This document shows positions 38,101-45,987 of a DNA stretch of 64,000 bases, in pieces; the stretch's first letter is position 1; each line of letters starts with the position of its first letter. Below the pieces are notes generated by a model. That model was not told the DNA's origin. It did no database searches and was given only the letters and a program-made list of their open reading frames with translations. The DNA is taken from the NCBI GenBank assembly GCA_026416955.1, contig JAOAEE010000008.1, forward strand, positions 90,608 to 154,607. Reading direction: 5' to 3'. The position numbers and the translations under genes are program-made. This stretch comes from Ignavibacteria bacterium (GTDB taxonomy: Bacteria > Bacteroidota > Ignavibacteria > Kapaibacteriales > UBA2268).

Positions 38101-39702
38101 ATAATAGCTTCCCAACTTTCAACATATATTATCCAAAAGATGCAAACTGATGAATTAACAAAGTTGTCACTAGCCATTTCAAAAAGCCAAGTGGGTGTTG
38201 CAATTACTGATGTCAATGGGATTATTGAATTTGTGAACCCTAAAATGTGTGAAATAACAGGTTATTCTTCGGATGAACTTATTGGAAAAAAAATGAGTAT
38301 TTTAAAATCTGGATATCATACAAATGACTTTTATGCCAATATGTGGTCCACAATACTAAGTGGTAAAGATTGGTCTGGTGAATTATTAAACAAAAAGAAG
38401 GATGGACAATTGTACTGGGAAAAAACTTTGATTTCCCCTATCTTCAATGAATTTGGAAAAATACAACATTTTGTTTCAATAAAAGAAGATATTACTGAGC
38501 AAAAGAAACTTATCAATGAACTGATACAAGCAAAAGAGAAAGCACTTGAAAGTGAAAAGTTGAAAACTGCTTTTCTTGCAAATCTTAGCCACGAGGTTCG
38601 CACTCCTTTAAATGGGCTTATGGGGTTTGCACAAATTTTGGAAACACAAGATCTTTCCAATCAAGAGGTGAAGAGATTTGCTAATATTATAATTAAAAAA
38701 GCGAATGAACTCCTCTCCCTTTTTAACGACATACTTGATTTGTCAATGATAGAAACTGGGCAACTTAGGATTAGTCCAAAAAGTGTGAAATTAAACAGCA
38801 TTCTTTATGATGTCTATTCATCTTTCCTTGTAGAGGATAAAATAAAAAATAAGGAAATAGAATTTAGAATAGGTAAATTATTACCAGAAGACTTTGAAAT
38901 TGTTACCGACCCGATAAGATTAAAGCAAGTATTATATAATCTGGTAAACAATGCAATAAAATTTACAAAAAGAGGATTTGTAGAATTTGGAGCTGTTAAA
39001 GATAAAAATAATACAATTCAATTCTATGTGAAAGATACTGGGATTGGTATTGCGAAAGAAAAGTTTGATTACATATTTGAAAGATTCCAGCAAATTGATA
39101 CAGATTTCTTACGAAGGGAATATCAAGGAGCTGGAATTGGTTTACCACTTTGCAAAGGATTAGTTAAGTTATTGGGTGGTGACATTTGGCTAGAATCCCA
39201 ACTCGGGGAAGGTTCAACCTTTTACTTTACAATATCATCATTAAGTAGTATTGAAAAAGAAACATTAACCAAAGAAAAGTTTTCTTTCAAATTTGACAAA
39301 ATTCAGTTTGAAGAGGAGATTACTATTTTAATTGCAGAAGATGATTATGTAAATTTCGTGGTATTGGAAAAAATGTTAAGTAAAAATTACAATTGCGAAG
39401 TGTTACACGCTAATACTGGTAAAGAGGCTATTGAGTTTGTCAATAAGAGAAAAGATATTAACATTATTCTGCTTGATATTCGTATGCCAATAGTAGACGG
39501 ATATAGTGCTTTTAAAGAAATTAAGAAAATAAATCCCAGTATTCCAATAATTGCTGTGACTGCATATTCATATTCAGATGATAAGAGGAAAATTGTGGAA
39601 ATGGGTTTTGATGATTATGTTTCAAAGCCTTATGATTTTGAAGAAATAATTGAAAAAATAAATAGAGCGATTTTGAAAACAAAGACAAGTCAAATGGAAT
39701 AA
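35128..39702 (+). CDS. hybrid sensor histidine kinase/response regulator with 5TMR-LytS-type membrane domain, multiple PAS domains and a GAF domain
   Basis: 1524 aa. N-terminal 5TM LytS-YhcK-type sensor (FGPISGGIAALMSFVYRTYVGGVGLPMG). About 6 PAS/PAC repeats (e.g. IGDAIITTDANGFIHNMN). A GAF domain. HisKA (ANLSHEVRTPLNGLMGF). HATPase_c (NLVNNAIKFT...DTGIGI...GAGIGL). C-terminal REC (ILIAEDDYVN...LLDIRMPIVDG). Confidence 0.8.
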   Translation: MIVYDLVLKLSLLVTLAVLSGFIDRFWPRKTLIGKIFQGILFGFTSIVGMIFPFELAQGLIFDGRTIIISLSTLFFGPISGGIAALMSFVYRTYVGGVGLPMGLATIVEAFIVGLYFYRIKERRDIFWLNTLRLYSFGFIVHIIMVLLVFMLPSKYAKSVWDEVALTIISVYPVVSLLIGKILLDQEISSRYLKDLIRRESLYRTTLYSIGDAIITTDANGFIHNMNSVAEALTGWTEKNARGREINQVFRIVNEFTLKEAENPVERVLREGKVVGLANHTVLISRDGRKIPIADSGAPIKDENGNIIGVVLVFRDQTKEREYLRKIEEQEKRYRQFVLSSSDGIWRFDIDTPININLPIEEQIKLIFQGGYLAECNDAYAKMYGFEKAEDIVGIRLIDVLKPEDQENIEYLTNFIKNGYRLTGGISKEYDKYGNVLYIENNLVGIIEDGYLIRAWGTQKNITEKYFLELSLKESEEKFRLLSEASLVGIYLIQDYKFIYVNQALANVFGYEIDEIVNKLGPLDLTHPDYRPIVIENINKRISGEIESINYSFKAVKKDGSTIFIEVFGKRIEFRGKPAIIGTLMDITEKLRLEEENRIRNLQLESTLENTPNVAIQFYNIKGEVLYWNKASETVYGWTKDEALGKTLDQLMLTKEETAKFLSVLQEVYSTGNPVGPNEWKVKRKDGSEAWILSSIFAIPSKVNEKIIVCANVDITERKNVEIALKEQNDLFQTLINTLEAAILLYRGKDIVFCNDATSKITGYSLEELYSIPIWDLVHPDQREKVKNIVLARFRNEEVPNRYEIKILKKDGSTGWVDYSVGMIKWKGELTAIGTAIDITERKLNEEIIQIQYNIADALVKQKSLYKFFEVVRKELSKVLDTKNLFVAFYDDEKDELYSPFEWDEKMDGPTRWSAKKSLTGKVIKEKRSILLKKEEIQKEIEDGQIELIGSLAESWLGVPLIVENRAYGALVVQSYDNPNSFDERSVRLMEIIASQLSTYIIQKMQTDELTKLSLAISKSQVGVAITDVNGIIEFVNPKMCEITGYSSDELIGKKMSILKSGYHTNDFYANMWSTILSGKDWSGELLNKKKDGQLYWEKTLISPIFNEFGKIQHFVSIKEDITEQKKLINELIQAKEKALESEKLKTAFLANLSHEVRTPLNGLMGFAQILETQDLSNQEVKRFANIIIKKANELLSLFNDILDLSMIETGQLRISPKSVKLNSILYDVYSSFLVEDKIKNKEIEFRIGKLLPEDFEIVTDPIRLKQVLYNLVNNAIKFTKRGFVEFGAVKDKNNTIQFYVKDTGIGIAKEKFDYIFERFQQIDTDFLRREYQGAGIGLPLCKGLVKLLGGDIWLESQLGEGSTFYFTISSLSSIEKETLTKEKFSFKFDKIQFEEEITILIAEDDYVNFVVLEKMLSKNYNCEVLHANTGKEAIEFVNKRKDINIILLDIRMPIVDGYSAFKEIKKINPSIPIIAVTAYSYSDDKRKIVEMGFDDYVSKPYDFEEIIEKINRAILKTKTSQME

Positions 39703-39703
39703 T

Positions 39704-42700
39704 TTAACTATTCAAGTTAATATCACATTGAAAGTCCTTGAAGGTTACTATGCAAGATTCTTCCAATAAATAACTAAGGAAATCTTTATAATTCATTGTG
39801 CTACTTAGAAGTGAAAAATTACCAAAAATTACTATGAATTCTCTTGAACGGGTTAAGGAAACATTCAACTTTCTGTCAATAACCTTTCCATTATCCATTT
39901 TGAGTAGGTTAGAGGAGAGAAGTATATCTTTATTTGAATTAAAAGGCAATGACAAAAAGATTATGTCTCGCTCGGAACCTTGAAATCTTTCAACGGTGTC
40001 GATAGTGACTTTTTGTCTTGCTTTAAAGCTTAGTTTTGAATAAATCTCGGCATTTTGTATTCTAAAGGGTGAAATAATTCCAAAGGTTTCATTAGTAATA
40101 ATACTTTCAAAGTTTTCAAAACATTCATTGATTAAACTGGAAATAATTTTTGCTTGAGAGATGTTTAATTTTCTCTTTTTTTCCAAAGGTAAATCAACAA
40201 ACAAAACCCTTTTATTTGCATTCGAATTCAATTTCTTTCCAATAAACTCGATAAGAATAATATTCTTTTCTTTTGATTGCCTAAATAATGGGGTTTTAAT
40301 CAATCCATCATAAAATATTCTATTAATTGGTTCTAAAACTAAAGGATGCATTCTTCCTTGGTTATTCAAAACTCCAATTGAAAAATTCCAATTCTTTATT
40401 CTATTATGATTTAAAAGAAATTCAAAATAAGACATTGACAATTGTGAGTAACCCAGTTTATTTAAATTTTCATTAGCATTAGAAAATTGTGAAGTTTGTA
40501 AAACTACAGCTGGAAGTTGTTTTTCGTCGCCAATTAGAATAAATTTTTCAACCTGAGTAAGTATACCGGCAAGATGTGGGAAAAGAAGTTGAGAAGCCTC
40601 GTCAACTATTGCTACATCAAATTTAATTAATTCAAAAATTTCGGGATTTGCTAGGAAAGAGTATGCAGTGCCAAGAAAAATCCTGCAATTAAGTATTTTT
40701 TCTTCAAGTTCATCAGTTTCTAATTCCTCTGACAAATTAGGTAAGAGATTTTCTTTTATTTCAGTTGATTCTTTCGTTCCAATTCGAATATAATGGTTCT
40801 GTAAATTTTCTTTATGTAATATGTCTGCAATTTCGTCTACTGCTCTGTTTGTATAAGTGCAAACAAGGATTTTATTCTCCGTTTGTTGAAAGTAAAATTT
40901 AAGAAGTTCCTTAACGACTATTCTTGTTTTTCCAGTTCCTGGGGGCCCAATGATTAAATAATATGGATAATATTCCAGAGCAGATTGAATAATCTCTTTG
41001 TAAGTATGTAAATTTTCTAAATTATCTATTTTGTATTTTCTTTCGGGTGGTTTTTTACCCAAGAGAAAAGAAATTTTTTCTTTGCTTTGAAGGAGAAAAT
41101 TAAACAACGAATGAAAAAGATATTTGGTATTGGAATCCAAATAATCTTCTTCAATAATCCATCCGTCCAATATCTCAAAAAGATTTAAAGAAGTAAACTT
41201 GTTTCTTAACGAGACCACTATAAAATCGGGTTCAATTTGTTTAATCACACCCTTTAACAGTTGAAAAGAGAGTTCATTTTTAATGTAATAGGGATGGTAA
41301 AGAATTATTGGGTCACCTTTGCGAAGAGAACAAAAGTTTAAATCCTTAAATTCCCTCTCGAAAAAAAGATGCTCTTTCGAGAAATCGGATTTGTCATTAA
41401 TTAACTTTAAGTTAGTTATTACATTTTCATATTCATTTTTATCTTCTATTGGCACATTCCATAAAGATGCTTGGGAAGGTCGGTTGTTGAGCACTTGTTC
41501 CCCTATCTTGCCAATAATGCTTTCATTTAGAACAAATCTAATGTATTCTTTAATTAAAAGACCTATTTCAGGTTCTTGTGAATTTAAAAGGTTCAAATAA
41601 TCTCCAAAAATAAAAGCGTTTTTTTGTTTGGTTAAATATTTTTCCAGCGTATCAAAAATTCCATAATTTCCTTTTGCTAAATTCATTTCAAGAAGATATA
41701 TCCAATTTCTCGTTTTAAGGAATTCTCTTTTAAGTTCATTGGTGCAATTTGCTTCTCGTAAAGGTTTTTCCTTGTCACGAGAGTATAGTATCATTGAGGA
41801 GCCAAATCTATTAGGAAGAGATGACCCCAAAAGAAGGTTGTAACCAATTGTCTGTGCATAATGTGAATACCACATTCCTATGGTTGTTTTGTTTCCTTTC
41901 CCAAAGCGTAATAAAACATTATTAGTAGGAAAATTTCCAGATTTCAACTCAATAATTGTTTTCCAATTTTTGTCTTGTGGGCTTTCCAAAAGTAAATCCA
42001 TCCTTCCAATAATTCCGAATTCAGCAGAGAAAAATGTAGGTTCTATTTGAAATTGGAATTTCTTGATTATTTCAAGAGCATAAAGCAAGGTTTGGTATTG
42101 TTCTTCAGCTTCTTTCCGGATATTTTTATCTAAGTCTTCAACTTTTTGTTTCAAGACCAAATAAGGTAGTATCTTTTTTGAAATTGCTTTTTTGAATATC
42201 TCTTGAAATGTCGGATTTTCTTCAATCAATAAATAATCAAAAATCTGATTGATTAAGTTACCCAAAAAAGTATAATAAGTTGTCTGTTTAGGAAAAAATT
42301 TGTTAATAAAGTATAGATAAGCATTTGAGCCATTTTTTGAAAAACATTGAGAAATATCAGTAATGTCGTATAAATAGTCGGGCTCAACGACAATTAAACT
42401 TTCTTCTACAGTTTCAAATTTATTTCTATCTTTTTTCGATAAAAACAAGCAATTCAAAGTATTTCCTTGGCTAATGCATTTGGGAATTTCTTCCCAGTAA
42501 TTGCTAAAATCTATTTCAATTTCAATATCTTCATAAAAAAACTCGATAGTACTATTTTCTTTGTTAATTTTTTTTGCAATGATTTTGTATAGACTAATTA
42601 ATTCACCATTGGAAAAGTAATCAAACTTAGTGTTTTCACTAATGGTATTGATTTTTTCTTCAAGTTGTGAAAAAATTTTAAGTTTTTCGGTTTTAAGAAA

Positions 42701-43036
42701 ATAAGAGATAATATCTGCGATAAACGAAATTACAATTAGTAGTTTGTTTTTCGAAATACTTTCCTTTTTTTTCCAAGATAAATTAGAATGGACAAAAAGA
42801 ATTTTCTTTTTTATTTCGTCGCTAATTTTGAAGTTGTTAATTAAAAAAGAAATTCTTGAAAAGTTCGTAGGGAAATACTGCTTTTGGTTTTGTAAGAGAA
42901 AATAAATTAACTCTAAGAATAAAGTATAAATTTCCTTAACAAGATTATTTTTTAATTTACGATGGGAAATGCTGTTTTTTTCGACTTTGTTTAATATCTC
43001 TATAAGTTCATCAAAGAAACTTTCTGCATCGAGCAT
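39704..43036 (-). CDS. PD-(D/E)xK nuclease / Upf1-Dna2-like SF1 helicase fusion protein (Nhi/Dna2-like)
   Basis: 1110 aa. RecB/Cas4-type nuclease motifs around aa 330-420 (SAEFGIIGRMDLL; IIELKSG; QTIGY = QxxxY). SF1B helicase motifs are I GPPGTGKT, Ia LVCTYTNRAVDEI, II IVDEASQ, III ILIGDEKQLPAV, IV NQGRMHPLV...FYDG, V FGIISPFRIQ and VI TVERFQGSERDIIFLS. The ATG sits 1 nt after the recJ stop. Confidence 0.75.
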   Translation of the reverse strand: MLDAESFFDELIEILNKVEKNSISHRKLKNNLVKEIYTLFLELIYFLLQNQKQYFPTNFSRISFLINNFKISDEIKKKILFVHSNLSWKKKESISKNKLLIVISFIADIISYFLKTEKLKIFSQLEEKINTISENTKFDYFSNGELISLYKIIAKKINKENSTIEFFYEDIEIEIDFSNYWEEIPKCISQGNTLNCLFLSKKDRNKFETVEESLIVVEPDYLYDITDISQCFSKNGSNAYLYFINKFFPKQTTYYTFLGNLINQIFDYLLIEENPTFQEIFKKAISKKILPYLVLKQKVEDLDKNIRKEAEEQYQTLLYALEIIKKFQFQIEPTFFSAEFGIIGRMDLLLESPQDKNWKTIIELKSGNFPTNNVLLRFGKGNKTTIGMWYSHYAQTIGYNLLLGSSLPNRFGSSMILYSRDKEKPLREANCTNELKREFLKTRNWIYLLEMNLAKGNYGIFDTLEKYLTKQKNAFIFGDYLNLLNSQEPEIGLLIKEYIRFVLNESIIGKIGEQVLNNRPSQASLWNVPIEDKNEYENVITNLKLINDKSDFSKEHLFFEREFKDLNFCSLRKGDPIILYHPYYIKNELSFQLLKGVIKQIEPDFIVVSLRNKFTSLNLFEILDGWIIEEDYLDSNTKYLFHSLFNFLLQSKEKISFLLGKKPPERKYKIDNLENLHTYKEIIQSALEYYPYYLIIGPPGTGKTRIVVKELLKFYFQQTENKILVCTYTNRAVDEIADILHKENLQNHYIRIGTKESTEIKENLLPNLSEELETDELEEKILNCRIFLGTAYSFLANPEIFELIKFDVAIVDEASQLLFPHLAGILTQVEKFILIGDEKQLPAVVLQTSQFSNANENLNKLGYSQLSMSYFEFLLNHNRIKNWNFSIGVLNNQGRMHPLVLEPINRIFYDGLIKTPLFRQSKEKNIILIEFIGKKLNSNANKRVLFVDLPLEKKRKLNISQAKIISSLINECFENFESIITNETFGIISPFRIQNAEIYSKLSFKARQKVTIDTVERFQGSERDIIFLSLPFNSNKDILLSSNLLKMDNGKVIDRKLNVSLTRSREFIVIFGNFSLLSSTMNYKDFLSYLLEESCIVTFKDFQCDINLNS

Positions 43037-43037
43037 A

Positions 43038-44765
43038 TTAGGATTCGGGCATTACATCTTTCACACGAAGTTGATACTGGGTTTGATTGCCATTGTACAA
43101 TTCTTCGAGAACAAAGACCATAGAAAAGGACTTATTGCTATTTATGTGTTTTATTTTCTCTCCTAAATTTTGTCCTACCGCATCTATTTCGAAGAAAATA
43201 TTTCCATTATTGATATTAATTGGTTGGACTGCGCGGAATCTAAAACTGTTGGAACCAAACATTTTGATTCCATTTTTTGAATACACTCCTTTTGCCAAAA
43301 ATACGGGTTTATTATTTTCGAAACCGAAAGGAGCAAATTTTGTAAGAACTTGGAAGAACCTAGGGGAAAGTTCAGATAAATTAATTTCAGCATCAATAAT
43401 TAGTTCGGGAATAAGCATTTCGTTACTAATATGTTTATGGGCAACCTGGTCGAAACATTCTACGAATTCGTTCAAATTCTCTATTTTCAACGAAAGTCCC
43501 GCGGCGTGCTTATGTCCACCAAATTCTTCAAGTAAATTGTTGCATTCTTTCAAGGCAGAATGAATATCAAAATTCAAAATGCTTCTTGCAGAACCTTTTG
43601 CAAGATTATACATTGTTGTTAGTAAAATAGTAGGTAAATGATATTTATCCACTAATCTACTTGCTACAATACCAATTACACCAGCGTGCCAATCTTCTTT
43701 ATGTAGGATTAAACATCTTCGGTCGCTTTTTGATAAAAATTCTTCCGCCATTGGAATGGCTTCTTCAAAGGTTTTTTCGTCGTAATACCGACGCATTCGA
43801 TTGTCTTGCTCCAGTTGCTGTGCCATTTGGAAAGCAATTATTTCATCTTTTTGAATCATCATTTCGACGGACCGCATTGCATCTCCTAGACGTCCAGCGG
43901 CATTAATTAAAGGAGCAAGAGAGTATATGATATTAAAAGTAGTTAGGTTACCTGGTTTTAAATTGGTGCAATACAATAATCCTTTGATACCGGGCCGTGG
44001 CTTTTCATTTAAAAGTTTTAAACCAAAATAAGACAGGATTCTGTTCTCGTCAACCAAAGGAACCATATCGGCAGCCGAAGCAATAGCAACGTAATCGAGG
44101 TATTGGAAAGCATCCTCTTCTCGATTAAGTTTCTTTGAAATTGCTTGGATAAGTTTAAAAACAACACCACAAGCAGCCAAATGTTTAAATGGGTAAAGAC
44201 AATCTGGTAGTAGAGGGTCGAGAATTGCAAATGCTGGAGGCAATTCTGGTCCGGGCTCGTGATGGTCGCAAATTATTGTGTCTATACCAATACTATTAGC
44301 ATATTTAATTGCATCAACACTTGTAATTCCAACATCCACTGTAATTATTAGGTTAACACCTAGGTCCTTTAATTTTTTAACCGTTTGCGGAATGATACCA
44401 TAACCTTCTTGAAATCTGTCGGGAATGTGGTAAATTACATTACCACCAAGGCTTCTTAAAAATTCAATCAACATTGAAGTACTTGTAGTTCCATCGACAT
44501 CGTAATCTCCATGTACACAGATAGTTTCTTTTTTGTTTATAGCTGCCAAAGTTCTTTCGACAGCTTTATCCATATCCTTTAAAAGAAATGGGTCGTAAAG
44601 GTTATCAAGTGATGGATTGAAATAATCATTGACTTTTTTAGGAGTGTCAAGTCCTCTTGCAACCAAAACTTTAGCAAGACCCCGTGGAATCTTGTAAGAT
44701 TCCACTATGTTTTTAACAATTGACTCCTGAGGTTCACCCCTAAGTTTCCAATTATAAATGGACAT
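43038..44765 (-). CDS. recJ: single-stranded-DNA-specific exonuclease RecJ
   Basis: 575 aa with DHH motifs (ICVHGDYDVDGTTS...VDVGITSVD...ICDHHEP) and a DHHA1 region. Confidence 0.85.
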   Translation of the reverse strand: MSIYNWKLRGEPQESIVKNIVESYKIPRGLAKVLVARGLDTPKKVNDYFNPSLDNLYDPFLLKDMDKAVERTLAAINKKETICVHGDYDVDGTTSTSMLIEFLRSLGGNVIYHIPDRFQEGYGIIPQTVKKLKDLGVNLIITVDVGITSVDAIKYANSIGIDTIICDHHEPGPELPPAFAILDPLLPDCLYPFKHLAACGVVFKLIQAISKKLNREEDAFQYLDYVAIASAADMVPLVDENRILSYFGLKLLNEKPRPGIKGLLYCTNLKPGNLTTFNIIYSLAPLINAAGRLGDAMRSVEMMIQKDEIIAFQMAQQLEQDNRMRRYYDEKTFEEAIPMAEEFLSKSDRRCLILHKEDWHAGVIGIVASRLVDKYHLPTILLTTMYNLAKGSARSILNFDIHSALKECNNLLEEFGGHKHAAGLSLKIENLNEFVECFDQVAHKHISNEMLIPELIIDAEINLSELSPRFFQVLTKFAPFGFENNKPVFLAKGVYSKNGIKMFGSNSFRFRAVQPININNGNIFFEIDAVGQNLGEKIKHINSNKSFSMVFVLEELYNGNQTQYQLRVKDVMPES

Positions 44766-44850
44766 ATGTGTATCCTTATTTTCATAACTGGTACAAAATT
44801 ACAACATAAAACCGAAAAAAACAAATAATTTGTGAAAAAAAATTGTCACT

Positions 44851-44866
44851 GTGTAAAAATTTACAC
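44851..44866. promoter_or_regulatory. perfect 16-bp palindrome (candidate operator) in the divergent recJ / rsgA intergenic region
   Basis: GTGTAAA-AA-TTTACAC. The neighbouring TGTGA-N10-TCAC-like element (44831-44850) lies 48 nt upstream of the rsgA ATG. Confidence 0.4.
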
Positions 44867-44913
44867 ACTTTTTGTAATTTCACATTTATTTTTTATCAAA
44901 AATTCTAATTCTA

Positions 44914-45939
44914 ATGGATAATAATATTATTAATGGCGAGGATTTTGATGTAGAGCAACCCAAACTTGACCGAAATAAGAAGAAAAGGATATTATTAAAG
45001 AATGAAAAGAAAATTTCTGAGGTTGTAAATAGTGGGTTGGTTGTAACTTCAAAAGGTCGGTTTTATTTTGTGAAGAAAACAAATGATGATTCCAATTTTT
45101 TATATAAATGTGTAGTTTCTGGTTCAATCCAAATTAACCACAACCATAAAACAATTTTGACAGTAGGAGATAAATGTGAATTTATTGCCCCCAATGATAA
45201 CACAGATGGACAGGGTTTAGGTAGAATAACGAAAGTTGAAGAAAGAGAGACTTTCCTATTAAGAAAATCAATAAATGGAAATAATGAAGATGTTATTGCT
45301 GCTAATATGCACCAAGTTTTGGTGATTCTTGCAGCCGAAAATCCCAAATATAACTTACATATGCTGGACAAAATTCTAATCTCTTGTGAATATGGTTCTC
45401 TGAAGCCACTTATTTGCATAAATAAAATGGATTTGGTGGAAAGTGAAAAGGTTTTTGAGGATTTCAAAGAATATATTAGATTGGGATATCAAGTCTTTTA
45501 TATTTCTGCATTAAAATTGGAGAATTTAAAACAGGTTTACAAAGCAATTGAAAATAAAGTCACTCTTTTTATTGGTGTATCTGGTGTCGGCAAATCTACT
45601 TTAGTTAATTCACTTTTTGGTAAGGAAATCCAAAAGGTCGGGAAACTCGCCAAAAACTTACGGGGTCGGCACACAACTACCTCTTGTAATTATTTATTTT
45701 TGGACAATAACACAGCAATAATTGATTCACCAGGATTTAGAGAATTCGATTTATTTGGAATAACAAAAGAGGAACTCCCATTTTATTTCCCAGATTTTGA
45801 ACCATTTTATCGAAAGTGTAAATTTCAACCTTGTTCTCATACTCACGAACCAGACTGTGCAGTGAAAAAAGCTTTGCAAAAAGGAAAAATATCCAAAAGA
45901 AGGTATTTTTCTTATCTAACAATTTATGAAAATCTTTGA
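44914..45939 (+). CDS. rsgA: ribosome small-subunit-dependent GTPase A
   Basis: 341 aa with an N-terminal OB region, the circularly permuted GTPase motif (FIGVSGVGKSTLVNSL; DSPGFREF) and a C-terminal zinc knuckle (CKFQPCSHTHEPDCAV). Confidence 0.85.
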   Translation: MDNNIINGEDFDVEQPKLDRNKKKRILLKNEKKISEVVNSGLVVTSKGRFYFVKKTNDDSNFLYKCVVSGSIQINHNHKTILTVGDKCEFIAPNDNTDGQGLGRITKVEERETFLLRKSINGNNEDVIAANMHQVLVILAAENPKYNLHMLDKILISCEYGSLKPLICINKMDLVESEKVFEDFKEYIRLGYQVFYISALKLENLKQVYKAIENKVTLFIGVSGVGKSTLVNSLFGKEIQKVGKLAKNLRGRHTTTSCNYLFLDNNTAIIDSPGFREFDLFGITKEELPFYFPDFEPFYRKCKFQPCSHTHEPDCAVKKALQKGKISKRRYFSYLTIYENL

Positions 45940-45987
45940 AATAAATAGAATAATATTTATTATATTATCTTTTTATTTTGGATAACT

